NCBI GenBank assembly: GCA_039096225.1
Contig: JBBPEB010000009.1
Coordinates: forward strand, 992,001-1,056,000
Source of the DNA: Blastocystis sp. Blastoise
Lineage: Eukaryota > Protista > Bigyra: Opalinata
Length of the DNA stretch: 64,000 nt
Direction: 5' to 3'
Part shown: positions 17,245-36,520 of the stretch, in pieces
How the letters are laid out: every line of letters begins with the position of its first letter
How positions within the stretch are numbered: the stretch's first letter is position 1
Translations under genes and position numbers: made by a program
Notes under the pieces: model-generated
Database searches by the model: none
The model's input: the letters and a program-made list of their open reading frames with translations, nothing else
Told to the model about the DNA's origin: nothing

Positions 17245-18243
17245 TTAATCAAATTGACCATAGATATCATCATCTCCCCATCCGGAATCGAAATCAGTTG
17301 TATCACGTGCTCCGTTTCCAAAGTCTTCATAATTATTATATTTCTTCTTATTGTAGAAGTTCATAGAGTCATCATACCCTTCATTATAATCATTATTATT
17401 ACGTTTATTTTGGTAATTCGTATCATCATCGAACATATTAAAGGTCGATTCTACATTAGTATTAGCCTTAAGAATCGGGCAAGATCTCTTTGTATGACCA
17501 GGTTGACCACAAACACTGCATTTTCGAATACCTTTCGTATTGGTAGATATACCTGAACTTTGAGTATAATTATTATTGTTATAATTATTTTTTCGTTTTT
17601 TACTAGAATAAGATGTGTTTGAAGTAGAAGTGAATGAATTATTTGTATTGTATGAAGATGCTATAGAAGATAATTGTAGATTTAAAAAAAATGTGTTTAT
17701 ATATAGTATATAAAATATATATTAATAACAAGAAGAACAGTAATTGTAATAAGTATAATAATAATATATAATAATTAATAATAATATATTAATAATTAAT
17801 AATAAAAAATATAATAATAAATAATAAAAAACATAATAATAAATAATAATAAATATGATAATCAATAATAAAATATATAATAATAATAAATAATAATAAA
17901 TAATAAATACCATCATATCCTTTGTTTTGTCCTTGTTTCAAAGGGCATTTCGTGGCATAATGACCTTTTTGATGACAGCAGTAACATTCTACATTCGATA
18001 AATCAACAGCATTATAACTAGAAGAAGATCCAGATATTGATGTTGAAGTATTCCCGCGGGAAATAGAAGAAGAATAAGAAGGAGTAGAAGAAGGATGAGC
18101 ATAAGAGGAGGATTTGTAGGAATTCCCACGGTTATTCTGAGAAGATCGTTGAGGATCATCAACCCATGCAAAAAAATCACAACCCTATATATAATGATAT
18201 AAAAAATATATTAATGAATTAATAATATATAGAATGATACTAA

Positions 18244-18297
<54 letters not shown>

Positions 18298-20385
18298 GGG
18301 TTTTCCTTTAGAGCAACAAAAAAAGTCTTTTCCAAAATTATCATTATTTTTATGAGAAGTTAATTTCTTACAAGGAAGATTGCACATGCAAAGAGGGTAT
18401 TGTGTACTGAGGGTTGGAGACACAAATGCAACAGATGACGCATCCTCTTGAGGAGCCCATTCATTGGAGGATGAAGAAATAGTATTCCCCGAGAAAGAGT
18501 ATTGATTGGTTGAATAGGATGTTTTATCATAATTTGAAGTATTTGAATAATTCTTATTCTTTGTATATTTATTATTACTATTATTATTACTATTATTATT
18601 ACTATTACTATTATTATTATTATTTGATTTTGAAGGACAAATTTCATTTCCATTATAATCATCTTTCCATTGAAAACATTCGCATTGTTCCCCTCGGGGA
18701 TGTGAGCAACAATAAAATTGTCTACCTTTATTAACACCTTCTTTATTCACAGTTAATAAGGAACAAGGCTCATGATGTCCAGGACAGACAGGACAAGAGG
18801 GAGATTGACTATAGATGTGATATTAATTATATATTATATTATATATATATTATATTATATGTATATACGTTGTATTAGTCATAGATATAAATGAATAGGA
18901 ATTATTATTATTATTAGTATTATTTGAGATATTATTATTTGAGATATTATTATTATTCATTGTAGAGGCAACAGTAGTAAGAGGATAATTGTAGTTATTA
19001 TTTATATTTTGAACTTGACTATTATTATTATTATTATTAATATTATTATTATTTGATAGACTGGATACACTAGTTGAATTTATACTATTATTATTATTAT
19101 TAATATTTGAAGAAAGGGAAGATGATGAAGAAATAATAGTAATTCCAGTTTGATTTGTGTTTCGATTTGTGTTCTTCTTGGGTGGAGGAGCCATAGGTTT
19201 TAACCACGATGAAGATTGTACTATAATATATATATATATATACATTATATATAGAAAATATAGATTATACATATATTTAATACTCAATAATCTCTTAAAT
19301 ATAACAAATTATATATATATATATACCGATAGTTCTTGTAGAAGACTGAGTATTAGTAACTTCATTCCCACGGTTATTCACTATTCTTAACGGTACACCT
19401 TGCATATTCCCAGGATTATCATGTCCATCATCGTTATCTTCATTATCCGTATCTATATAAAGAGGGACAATGTGTGACGAAGGGGGGATCGGAGAAGGGA
19501 TATAAGAGGGATCTCGGGAACACAAATAAACATCAGAAAATGTTTGTAATAATATATTTTTTGCTCTTTGTACCTAGAATATAATAATAAGTATATATAA
19601 TTATAAATATAGTTATGTATATTAATAAACATAATATATTCCATATATACCATCATAAACACATTTTTCATCTCTGTTAAACATTCTTGTATAACATCTA
19701 TATATCCGATTTCCCCGCGGGAAATCCTCTTACATTCACTCTCCATATGTGCCCGTAAATAAGGTCGATATAACTCCTGTCCCATATGTACATATCTATA
19801 TATATATATAGTATTATACGATTTATATATTATATTCATAATAATAATAGTAATATCTCAGATAATAATAATAAACATATATATACGCTTCAATAAGTGC
19901 CAGTCCTAACGGAGTAGGTAGAAATCGTTGTTGATTGTTCTTAATAGCATATTCTCTCTTTTGTATAGTGGATATATGCTCAGCTATAGTGGCATCTGTT
20001 CCTATTCCTTCTGTATCCATTCGAGTAATCAATTCACTCTCCGTCAATAATTCAGGAGCCTATATATATATATATATATAAATATTCATACTTATTATAT
20101 ATATAAAAATTCATACTTATTATATATATAATAATCTCAACTATATATATATATACCTTTGTAATACTTTCTTCAAGAGTCAGTGTATACACGTGCAGCA
20201 ATTCTCCTTCTTGTAACGGCGGTAAACTGCTCTCTGTCCAGAAATCATATATATATATATCCAAATAATTTCGTTCTTTTATTACTAAACTTTTCGTATG
20301 AAAATATTCATCACCCATTTTCACGGTTATTTCTATATACATATATATATTATTTATATCCATATAAATTTATAAATTAAATATA

Positions 20386-20419
<34 letters not shown>

Positions 20420-21119
20420 TATATATACCTGTTTCACTACCCACTGCATCTTTAGAAATACATGCTAAAAAATGGCGGGTAATTAATTCATATATTTTTT
20501 GTGCTTTTTGTGGTTGAGTCCCGCGGGAAAAGTCGGTACAATTGGGGGCCATTAATTTGGTAGGATGAATAGGAGGATGAGCATTATCATCATGCTTTCC
20601 CGCGCGTGGGGGACAAAATGAGGTTTGGAGGGAAGAAGCCTATATATATATATATAGATATCATTAGTATTATAATATTGTATTATTATTTATTGAAGAA
20701 TATATATACCATAATATATATATATATAACATAATATACATATATATATATAACATAATATATATATATACATAATTACCCCATGTAGGGTGATTTGTTT
20801 GTTCCTGAAGAAGTGACTGGAGATTAAAATTCGACTTAAAACTATCCGTCTCAGTACGTGGATAACTATATATATATATATATATATATACACTAATTTA
20901 TATCTTTTGAATAAAATATAATAAATATAAAATAATATATATATACCTAATATATCCTTTTTGATACATTTCTTCACATATCTTCATACATTCCTCACTT
21001 CCTATTTTTAAATATCTTGCCGCCCTTTTCTGAAGTTCTACGGTATTTAGCGGGACAGGGCGCCATTTGGTACGTGCAGATTCTTTTACTCTATATATAT
21101 ATAATTATAAAAACAATGA

Positions 21120-21155
<36 letters not shown>

Positions 21156-22768
21156 GAATAAGAATAAGAATAAGAATAAGAATAAAAATAAAAATAAATA
21201 ATAATAATAGTATTAAATAGATGAATATAAGTTGTATACTGTTGAACTACTGGCGTTTCATGTTCACAGAGTGTGAAGAGTACAGAAGTACAATACTGAT
21301 CAAATAAACGATTTCGATTCCACGTAAATGCAATCTCTATATATAGTATATATTTATATATTATATATATAATTACCATTTTTTGTATTTCGTTTCGATT
21401 TCACATCCATCGTATTATCTAACATATATATATATATATATAATATAATATGATATATAAAATATATACTATTAGTAACAGCAGGTATTTTAAAAGAAAG
21501 ACTCCAAAATGGTTCAGGTACAAAATTCTATATATAATAATAATAATAAATAGAATTATAATAATAAATAGAATTATTAACTATGTTATTATATATATAT
21601 AATATAATATACTTTGATTTCTATATATCTTTCAGTAACAAATCCAAGAGTAGGGAATTGACAAGGGCCATAGGAAATGACTTTAAGAGTAGGGTTTTGA
21701 GGCTGTAAAGGGGAGGAATAAGAATAGAATAGGAAATATAGAATAAATAATATATATATATATACAAGAAACATATTCTAATAAATACTATAATATTTTT
21801 TATAATATAATTGATAAAACAATTATATTAATTTATAATAATAATAAAAAAAAACATAAAAAAATCAATATAAAAAAGTAAAAAATCAATATAATATATA
21901 TATATACTTTAATAAGTAATGTTTGAAATCTCGTGAATACACAGCCAATTCTTAAATCGATTTCTTGACGGGCATCGACAGCTTGAGAATCTAATAAATT
22001 GGGAGGTGTTAATGAATTTACAGCGTGATGAATATCCGCGGGAATCAATGCTGAAAAATGAGCTCCTTTATGTTAAAAAAAAAATAGAATATTATTAATT
22101 ATATATAAAATTTAAAAAAATAATAAAATAAAACAAAATATCGACATACTGAGTATTTGAATATTAGGCTTGATTTTAATACATATATCAATGACTTCAT
22201 AAGCTATATTTTCACCTTCACGATCACAATCAAGCCATAAAATGAGTCCATCAACGAAACGAATTTCATGTTCTAATGTTTCTAGACATATAGTATACTT
22301 ATTCACCAATTGATTTAATAATAAAAATATATATAAAGAATGATCAAATAAACGAATGAACAAGAAATGATATAGTGAACATTTTGAATATACTTGCCAA
22401 GGGTTGCATGTCTTTCTTTACAGATTTACGAATAGGTGATGAGAATAATTGTTCTGGAGGAACACTTTGCCAGTTTCTAAATGTAATGAATAATAATAAT
22501 ATTGAATAAAAATGATACTGCACATCATTTCCAAAATCTAATTCCATAATATGGCCAGCAACAGATGTGAATATCATTTGAGAATTCTGTTGATTCTGAA
22601 CTGAGCAAGAAAATTCATATATTGGATTAAATTTTGATTGTCCTTGTCTCTACAGATAATAAATGGCAATAAATCATGTTGATATACCTTATTTAATTGA
22701 CCTTGTGAAAGAATGGACGAAATACCCTTTGCAACAGACGGCTTTTCTGCAACATTCAGATACTTCAT
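17245..22768 (-). CDS. TOP3A: DNA topoisomerase III alpha (type IA) with two GRF Zn fingers and two CCHC knuckles
   Basis: [50 protein letters not shown], catalytic [29 protein letters not shown]-terminal GRQFYCC...FQWKD, GKDFFCC...[19 protein letters not shown] and [14 protein letters not shown]. Confidence 0.97.
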
Positions 22769-23001
22769 GAGACGTTTATTATATAATTATAGATATAATT
22801 GATATTTATGAAATAATCGTCAAAGAATCAAGTACTTTAGTTTTATATGAAAAAGAGAGGGAAATTTTTTGTTTTTGTTTTTGTTTTTTTATTTATTAAT
22901 TACTTTTTCTTATTTAAAACAAAACGATTTGTATAAAAATATTTAAAAAATATACACAACAGATAATAACGTATATAACGTAAGATTCACTTGATATTAT
23001 T

Positions 23002-24124
23002 TTATTCTTCTTGATTTTCACCAGAAATGAAGAAATCATCATGAAGGTCGTCACTTTCAACATCTATATAGTATAGTGTATAAGTTGTATTACACAAAAT
23101 ACATAGTAATAAATACAAGTTTTTGATAAATATGAAAAAAAAAGAGTAAGAAATCTAAATCATAAAAAAAATTACCTTTTTCAAGTTTGCTTTCAATATC
23201 CTTTTTCAATTTCGATAATGCTTCTAATCCTTTATGAAACGCCTTCTTTCTAAATACAACATCTCTTTTCAAAAAGTCTTCATCGATCTTTTTGGATTTT
23301 TCTTTTATCTTTTGAGTAATTATCATTAATTGTTCACGTCTATATTTAATATATAAAATAGAAATAGGATTATATAAATATATATATTTATATATACTGT
23401 TGAGTAAGTTTTTCAGATAATTCTGAAGAAGGATATAAAGATATATAATAGATTGTATCAGGATAAAAATGAATGTACTATATAGTATCAAGAATAAAAT
23501 AAATATAAATTATAAATAATAAAATATAAATAATAAATAATAAATTAGAATATAGATAATAAACAATATATATAAATAATAAATAATAATAAAAAAAAAA
23601 AAATAATAAAAAATACATCTAATTGTCTATTAAGTAAATCTAATTCAGTAGTTAACTTTTGTTTTTCTTCTTCTGAAGTCTCCTAGATATTATATAAATA
23701 TAAATTTATTTAAAAAAAAAAACACAAGCTAGAGAATATTAATAGATAAAGAAAACAAAATACAGCCTTTAATTGTACATTGATTTTATTCATTCTTCTT
23801 TCTATTTTTGTTTTATCAAAGAATTTCAATTTCTTATGATCTTCTTTATTTTTCTTGTATTCCTTTGTATGTGTCGCCACAAAAACCCTAGATTCAAGAT
23901 CTTCAATTTTTTGTTTTATTTGCTTTTCATTCTCTGGATCAATACCCTAAAAACATATAAATTGAAATTATAAAGAGCTAGGAATAATTAATATGGATAC
24001 CTTTTTGGTTAAAAGTCGTTTCAAATCACGTAATTGATTTTTATTGGACTTCTTTTTGACTATAGAATGAAATATAGGATCTATTTTTTGTTAAAAACTT
24101 TATACTATTAGGAACATAAGCCAT
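23002..24124 (-). CDS. EFG1: rRNA-processing protein Efg1
   Basis: Spliced product contains KNQLRDLKRLL, HKKLKFFDKTKIERR, YIHFYPDTIYYISLYP and terminal DDFF, the Efg1 family pattern. Confidence 0.8.
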
Positions 24125-24393
24125 TTCTATGTAATGCGGTTTCTTAAGAAAAATAAGTTCTCAAAAAAAATAATAGAAAAGAACCATAAAAAAATAGTGG
24201 TTTTCAACCAATTTTCATTTTGTTTTCAGGAATTTGTTGTTTTAAAAAGAAATATCAAAAATAAACATGTATACTTTTATTTTTATATATAATAATTACA
24301 TGGAAAATATAGTCGAATATAAACTAATATATAAAAATAAATAAAAAAAAAAATTTGAAGCGCATTTACAAGATAATTATTAAAAAACAGTTA

Positions 24394-25683
24394 TTAATTG
24401 GGATTATAATTGACTTCTTCTATGATAGCAGCAAAACTATCTTCAAGTTCAGGATGTTCTTTTAATAATAAATTGAGAATCGATTTCAATTGATCATTTT
24501 CATAAGAAACCTTATCACATTCTTCATTTAATACTTCTAAATCATTGGTTAACTTATCAATTTCTTTATTTGCATCATCCATTCCCTATTTATAAATATA
24601 TTATTATGATTTATATTTATATTTATTATTCTTCTTATTATTAAGAAATATAAATACACTATGATAATGTTGAAGTAAACGATCTAATTCATTATTTGTA
24701 TTTTCACATGCAGCTTTTTCTTCACTTAAATCTTTAGTAAGTTTATCTGTATCTTTAGTTAATTGATTAATCTTCTTCTTCATATCAGTAATAATATTAA
24801 TCATAACATCAAAAGATGTGACTGGAGTCACTTTCAAAACTTCCTAAAGAGAATTAGTATTATCATTGTTTTATATATAGAATATTATTATATATATATT
24901 AAATAAGATGACATATAAAATTATTATTTAGAGTATAAACATAATAGTGTTAGAAATATTAAAAAAATATATATATGTATGTATTTAAAAATAAATATAT
25001 AATAAAAAAAAAGAGAATAATTCCCACTATATAATATTCACTATACTTGTAATTCTTTCATAATAAGATCGATATCTTTATTATTCGCTAAAGGACAAGG
25101 CTTTTGATTATTATAGTCCTTTTCATTTACACATATCATATTAAATCGAGTCTTTATTGTACTCTCTAATCTTTTACCTATATATAGAATATATTTATAT
25201 ATATATAGAATAATAATGAAAATTATATCTATTATGTATATTATTATGTAGTATATATAATTATAATATGTATAGATACAAGAAACATTATCTAAAGAAT
25301 AATTAATAATATATTGTTGTAATTCATCATAATTGATATCCCCACGTTTAATTGCATCTTTTAATCCCCAAATATCAACTAATTTCTCAATATTAATATA
25401 TACACTATTTAAGGATTGTAATTTTTTTATCTATATATATGTAGTTATATGATAATTATATATTTTTTAATCTATATATATGTAGTTATATGAATATATA
25501 TATATATAATTATATGAATATATATTTAAAAATAGATTTACTTGTTCCTTATAATTGTCAATATCTTCTATATATTTGGATATATCTTCATTATTATTTT
25601 CATTAGGAACAACAGACACACGTTTTTGTATTTCATATAATTGTTGTTCTTTCTCAGATAACTCATTTTGAAGTAATTCAATC

Positions 25684-25725
<42 letters not shown>

Positions 25726-25785
25726 TATATATATACTTGTTTAATATAACCTTCACAATAAGGACATTGTTCAGCTTGTATAACC

Positions 25786-25851
<66 letters not shown>

Positions 25852-27159
25852 TATACAGTTTGGGCAGTATCTTCATAAACATAATTATTATATCCAAATC
25901 CATAGAGATTCTCTTCATCTAACTCTTCTTCCTATATATAATATATAATAAGTATAATAATAATAAGTATAATAATAATAATAATAAGTATAATAATATA
26001 TATACAGGTTCTTCTTCTTCTGGTTCTTCTTCCGGTTCAACTCTTTCAACACTATATAATAAACACATAAATAAAACTATAATATAACTAATAATAATAA
26101 CATAAATAAATAAAAATAATAATAAAAATGCAAATAATATTAACATATATATACATAGGATGTTCTTGATCATATATATAATCATTAAATGCTTGTTGAT
26201 AACAAGTAAAAAACATATTTCGTTGATCTAGTATTTCTTTTGTTTTATCTTCTTCGTCTTTTATAAATTCTGATAATTCTTCTTCTTCTAAAGGAGCAGA
26301 ATAAGTTATTTCAGCTGGACTATAATTCAAATTTAAGCTTAATTCAGTCGAATACTCAGATAATTCAGGCTTACTACGATAACATGGCTATATATTATTA
26401 TTATTATTATATATATATTATTATTATTTAAAAAAAACAAACAAAATATATATATATATACAGTTTTTCTTTTTCTTAGATTCATTTCTCTGATGAGTCT
26501 TTCATTCTCATCACCATCCATTTCATCAAGATCAGTTTCAAGTGATAATAAATCATTATTCTCATACTATAGATCATTTTTCCTTATATATGAATATACT
26601 GTTTATATTATAAAATATTTATAAAATAAATTATATGAATTAGTTGAAATATATATATATCATAAAAAACACACAAAGCACACACACAATTATCTCAATC
26701 ACTTACAATTGCATGATCTAAATGAACTTTTTTGCATTTATCTTGAAATTGATCTCCTTCAGAAATTCTACCCATATTTGACAAACGTGAAACTAGATTC
26801 TTTTTATTTGAAGACTAGATATAGAAGATCAATACGGTTAATAACAAAATAAAAACGATGACTTACAGTCTCATCAGAATCCTCACCTAAGAGACTAGAT
26901 AGTGTCATTGTTTGACGACGACTTTGCTGATGTTCACGACGTTTTTGCATTTGATTACGAATCATCACTAGAAAAACAAGAAATAAAGCAAATAACTCAT
27001 TTATTTTCGTGTATTCAAATAGATCTTACTGGATCGTTTCACAGAAGAATCCAATGAATTCAAATTATCATCATAATCAATGATATTTTTAAAAGAGAAA
27101 CTCTTTCGTTCCTCCAAATCCATTTCACTAAGAATACTATGTGCAGGAGATCGACTCAT
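24394..27159 (-). CDS. Hypothetical acidic coiled-coil protein, multi-exon
   Basis: GT-AG-separated exons splice from MSRSPAHSILSE to ...IIEEVNYNPN-TAA. Heptad-rich C-terminus; no family recognised. Confidence 0.7.
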
Positions 27160-28306
27160 TACTTGCTTTACTGAATAATAAATTGTGTTTTATAATGAAA
27201 AAAAAAACAATTCACTTTTTTAATCTTCAAAGATAACCGTGATTATTTAGAATAGATATGTATGTAATGAATATAAAAAACCATGAAATGTTTTTTGTTG
27301 ATGTAATTCATCAAAATATTCTCTAGGAATCAATTATTTATATTTTGAATAAGTTATTCATAGTATTTAACATATATTTGATTCATTACATAAAAAAAAT
27401 ACATTCATGGTATCATTTTTTTACTAGTCTCTGAGATTTCTATTTAAATATCATTTCAGTCAACGTGTCTATAGGTGCTACTAGTTAATTAATGATGATT
27501 ATAATAATGAGAGTTAGTATACACTGCTTATAAGATAATTACGGTGCTATTCTTTGATTGAATCAAATATTTTGACATCATCTTTATACAGCTACATTAC
27601 ATATATATATTTGTAATGATCAAAAATGTCTAGATTCCATTATAAGTAACTAACATAGACAAATGACACTAATTACTTGTTTAAAAATTGCTCAAATAAT
27701 ACTCTGTGCTAATTATACTCTAATGATATCTGATATTCTATGCAATATTGATTTAAGCTATTTTCAAATGATACTATTATACGAATTTTTTTACTTTTAT
27801 TCTTTTCTTTTTATTCGTATATAATAATTATTTACAAAATATGAAAAATATATAGAGAATATATGACTCTATCTGTCTTCTCTATAAGAAATTATCATTT
27901 GTTGCTCATCACTTTTTTACATGAAGATGATGATAAATAAATATTCCAACAATAATTCTACAATAATGAAAATATGATAAATCAATGCAAATGAAATAAA
28001 AAGACAATAATAAGAAAAATCTTTTAAGACGAAGTGAAATAGTTTTGTGTAGAAACAGAAAACTATTTTATTTTATTGACATTATATAAAATAACATATA
28101 CACATTATTATAATTATAATGATAAGTAAAAATAGATGATAATTCACTTGAAAATGAAATGAAATGATAATCATGTTTATTTTTTAGATTCTATAACTAG
28201 AGCTGTCTATTTTCTGTGAAAGTAACTGATATCTATTTCTCTTACCATTTATTGTCTTTTTTTTAATTTATAATATATATATTATATAATAAAGAAAAAT
28301 AAAAGA

Positions 28307-33014
<4,708 letters not shown>

Positions 33015-33432
33015 TTTTTATTATTATTTTTATATTCAGTTTTATTTAATATATATTTTATTGATTATCATTATTTTTATATGTCTTTATAATTCATGTT
33101 AACATTATATATTTAATTATCTACTTATATATATTATCATTACTTTGTTTTTCTTAGAATATAGAATTAAATTACAGTTATATTCTTATATTTTGATTTA
33201 CACTATTATTCTAATAATGAACATATTTTATATTTATTATTAATAAAAGAATGCTTATAAAACACATATAACTAAGAAATTAAATGATAATAAATTATTA
33301 ATTGTTATAATTAGTAACATTTATATAAATTAAAAAAAAAACATACTAGCAAAAAAAATATTAAAAATATTAATATCTATAATATAAAATTAAATGAATT
33401 CTTATACATTAAGATATATATATATATATATT

Positions 33433-34970
33433 TTAAGCTCTTCCCCATACTTCATAATCTTCTACTATAAAATAATTTGCAGATTCAGCATTATTGGTAT
33501 TCACAAATAAGGATGATTTTTGAGGAGTATTATTCTCGGCATAATATAATGCATTACAATATGAATCATTATTACTATGACATTGATCACATATATAGAT
33601 ATCATGACCACCTCCAAATGTTGGACCATAAGAAGAAGAACAATATATAGCATCACCTTTTCCATGCTGTTGATATTGAGTAGGAGGAACATTATGTTCA
33701 TTACTTAATGTAAAGAGAAATTCTTTAGAATAAGATTTCATATATCCACTTGTTCTGGATTCCCAATTTTGATCAGTATATCCTCCAAATATATTTATAT
33801 GATTATTATGACCTATATGTTTAATAAGAGTAACTGTTTCTCCTTTATTGTCACAATATTTATGAAATTCACTTGCAGAATAATTATGTTCACTTGCTCT
33901 ATATAAAATAGTTTTAATAATTCAATATAAATTTTATACCTAAATAATAATTTCCATTTCTTTTTTTTACCTAACCAATTTACTAATGAAATTTCAAAAC
34001 ATAACTTTTCAATTATTTTTGAGTTTATAAATACAGTTGTTTTTAACATCATTGCTTCTTTTACTTCTTGCTTTCCTTTATCACCAAATATTTCAAACAT
34101 TTCTTTCTCAAATAATTCTTTATTAATATCTTTAATCTTATCTTCTTCTATATCTATAGTTCCATTATTCACATATTCACTAATATATTCAATATATTCA
34201 TAATGTTTATTCATATATAAACTATCATCTATAGGATTATAATTAATAAATCCATTATCATCATTCTTAACATAATTATTCCATAATCCATTCTGTACTA
34301 AATATTCTTTAATAATATCATTCTTATTTCCATTTATAATCAAAGAAACTTCATCTCCTTCTTCATATTTCTTCATCTTTCGATCTCTTCTTTCTCTACA
34401 ATCTATTAGTTCTATAGGAATCACTAATCCACAAAATTCAAATAAATTCAATATTTCTAATTGTTCTTCATAAGAAAAAGAATCAAAATATACATTCTTT
34501 CCATTCAAATAATCTAATAAATAATAAATAAAAATATCATTACCTCTATAATCAAGAAATGCAGTTCCATCATTCGTTCTTTTTTCTTCTTCACGTTGTT
34601 CTTCAATAAAAGAACCTTTCAAAGAATCTAAAACAGATTTCGATATTTGAAATATAGGACCATTATTGGTAAATCGTATCAAATCCATATCATCATCATC
34701 ATTATTATCCATATTTATCTTCATATCTTCATTATTATCACATTCATCAACACATTTCTTTTCAAATTCATTTCTTTCACCTTCCTTTTCAATACAATCA
34801 TCTCCAATACGCTTAATAAGTCTATTAATCGATATTCCAGAATGTATACCAAGATTCATTACTGATCCAAATACATTAACTACATCTTTCATCAATTCTT
34901 CATATACATTGATATCCTTCTTCAATCTACTGAATCTATCAATATCAAATAACACCTTTTCTTTCACCAT
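33433..34970 (-). CDS. BTB-like + TLDc domain protein (2 exons)
   Basis: WKLLFR|ASEH..SASEFHKYCDNKGETVTLIK...IFGGYT...FLFTL...YGPTFGGGHDIYI...EDYEVW is a TLDc signature. N-terminal FLDYRG...YLLDYLNGK...FEFCGL is BTB-like. Intron 33899-33939. Confidence 0.9.
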
Positions 34971-36520
34971 TAAAGAGATAATGCTAATTTAAAAATATAA
35001 ATCTTTCCCCTGTTTATTTTAAATTTTTTATTTCTTTCTTTTATTTTTTCGTTATTCTATTATTATTCATACATAATAATTAATATTATATTAATATTCC
35101 ATATATTCTACAAAAAAATGCTATTAATTTCTTAAAATAAAAACTTCATTATGGATCTTTACCTCATTGATTACTTTAAATAAAAAATTGAATATTAATT
35201 AGAAATATAGAGGATGCTAAAGACAGAGTGGCATGCTGAATTAGTATATATCTCTTGATTATTTTTCATTTTGATTAATAAATCTCTTATTTTAAATATA
35301 TGAATTTTTATTTTTATTTATTTGATATGCACATATTTATATATACTAATTATTATTATCTAGAAATGAATAGCTATAATTCTTTCTAATCATTCCTGAT
35401 TTCGGACTGAATTTAATACATTATTATTTATTTTTATATTATATTTATGAGATATGTTTCTATTCCTCTAATAGTATCTCTTGTATAGTCTACTGATACA
35501 ATTATCTCTCCTTTTTTTCAGTCTCCTTCTTCTTACTCTTCCATTTCTATTTTTTATTATTTATACAATTATTTATTAATATCTCAAAATCATGCTCATA
35601 ATTATAGTATATACTATATTATCTATATATATGATGAATAACAACTATTTCTGATATTTTATTCAATAATATATTATTGGTAATAGAAATGTATATAGTT
35701 TATAAATGTCCCTTATATATCAATAGATGCATATAACTAAATATAATTTTATTTTACCTATAATTATCCGTAATTCTCAAATAATAGTCTATATTTAAAA
35801 ATTATTAAATATATATATATTTTAATAAGAGTAAAATCAGGAAATATTTTTTATTCTCATTGTATTTTTTAATAAAATATATTTCTTGTCAAAATAGAAT
35901 AGTAATATTATGCTTACATTCATTAGTATTTTTATTTAATTATATTTATATTAATACTTCATTATAAACTATTATATATACTGAAAATGAAAAATATGTT
36001 TCAATAAATAATATGCTTTTAAGTTCTTTAGAACACTTGCTGAAAAACTCTTTTATTAAATATAAAAAACGTTATATACAAAACATTAACTAAAGCAAAA
36101 ACAAAATTAAAATATTATTTATAGTCTTATAATATATAATAAATTGTTTATCAAGAAAGTCATTGACAATAATCTATTCTATAAAACTGATGTTAAAAAC
36201 AGTTTCAATTATACTTAAAGATATCATTGTAATAATTACAATTCTGTAGAAATATTATATAGTTTATACATAGTGAATACAACATTAATTCACGATATAC
36301 ACTAAATACTATAATATATATTATTTATATATGTTAGTAAAATATATATTTTTGAATCACTAGTATTTTCTTATTTTGAAATAAAACAAAAAAATGATAT
36401 ACTTAATATATATTTATATATATACTTCATAACAATACTAAAAAAAAACATGAAAAAACATGAAAAAAAGTAAAAATAAATAAATAATATAAGACATAAA
36501 TAATGGTATATACAAGAGAA

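Noticed and set aside
17480-18000. CCHC zinc knuckles as a retrotransposon gag remnant
   Set aside because: They splice in frame to the TOP3A C-terminus, where GRF and CCHC fingers are normal. No RT, integrase or LTR was seen.
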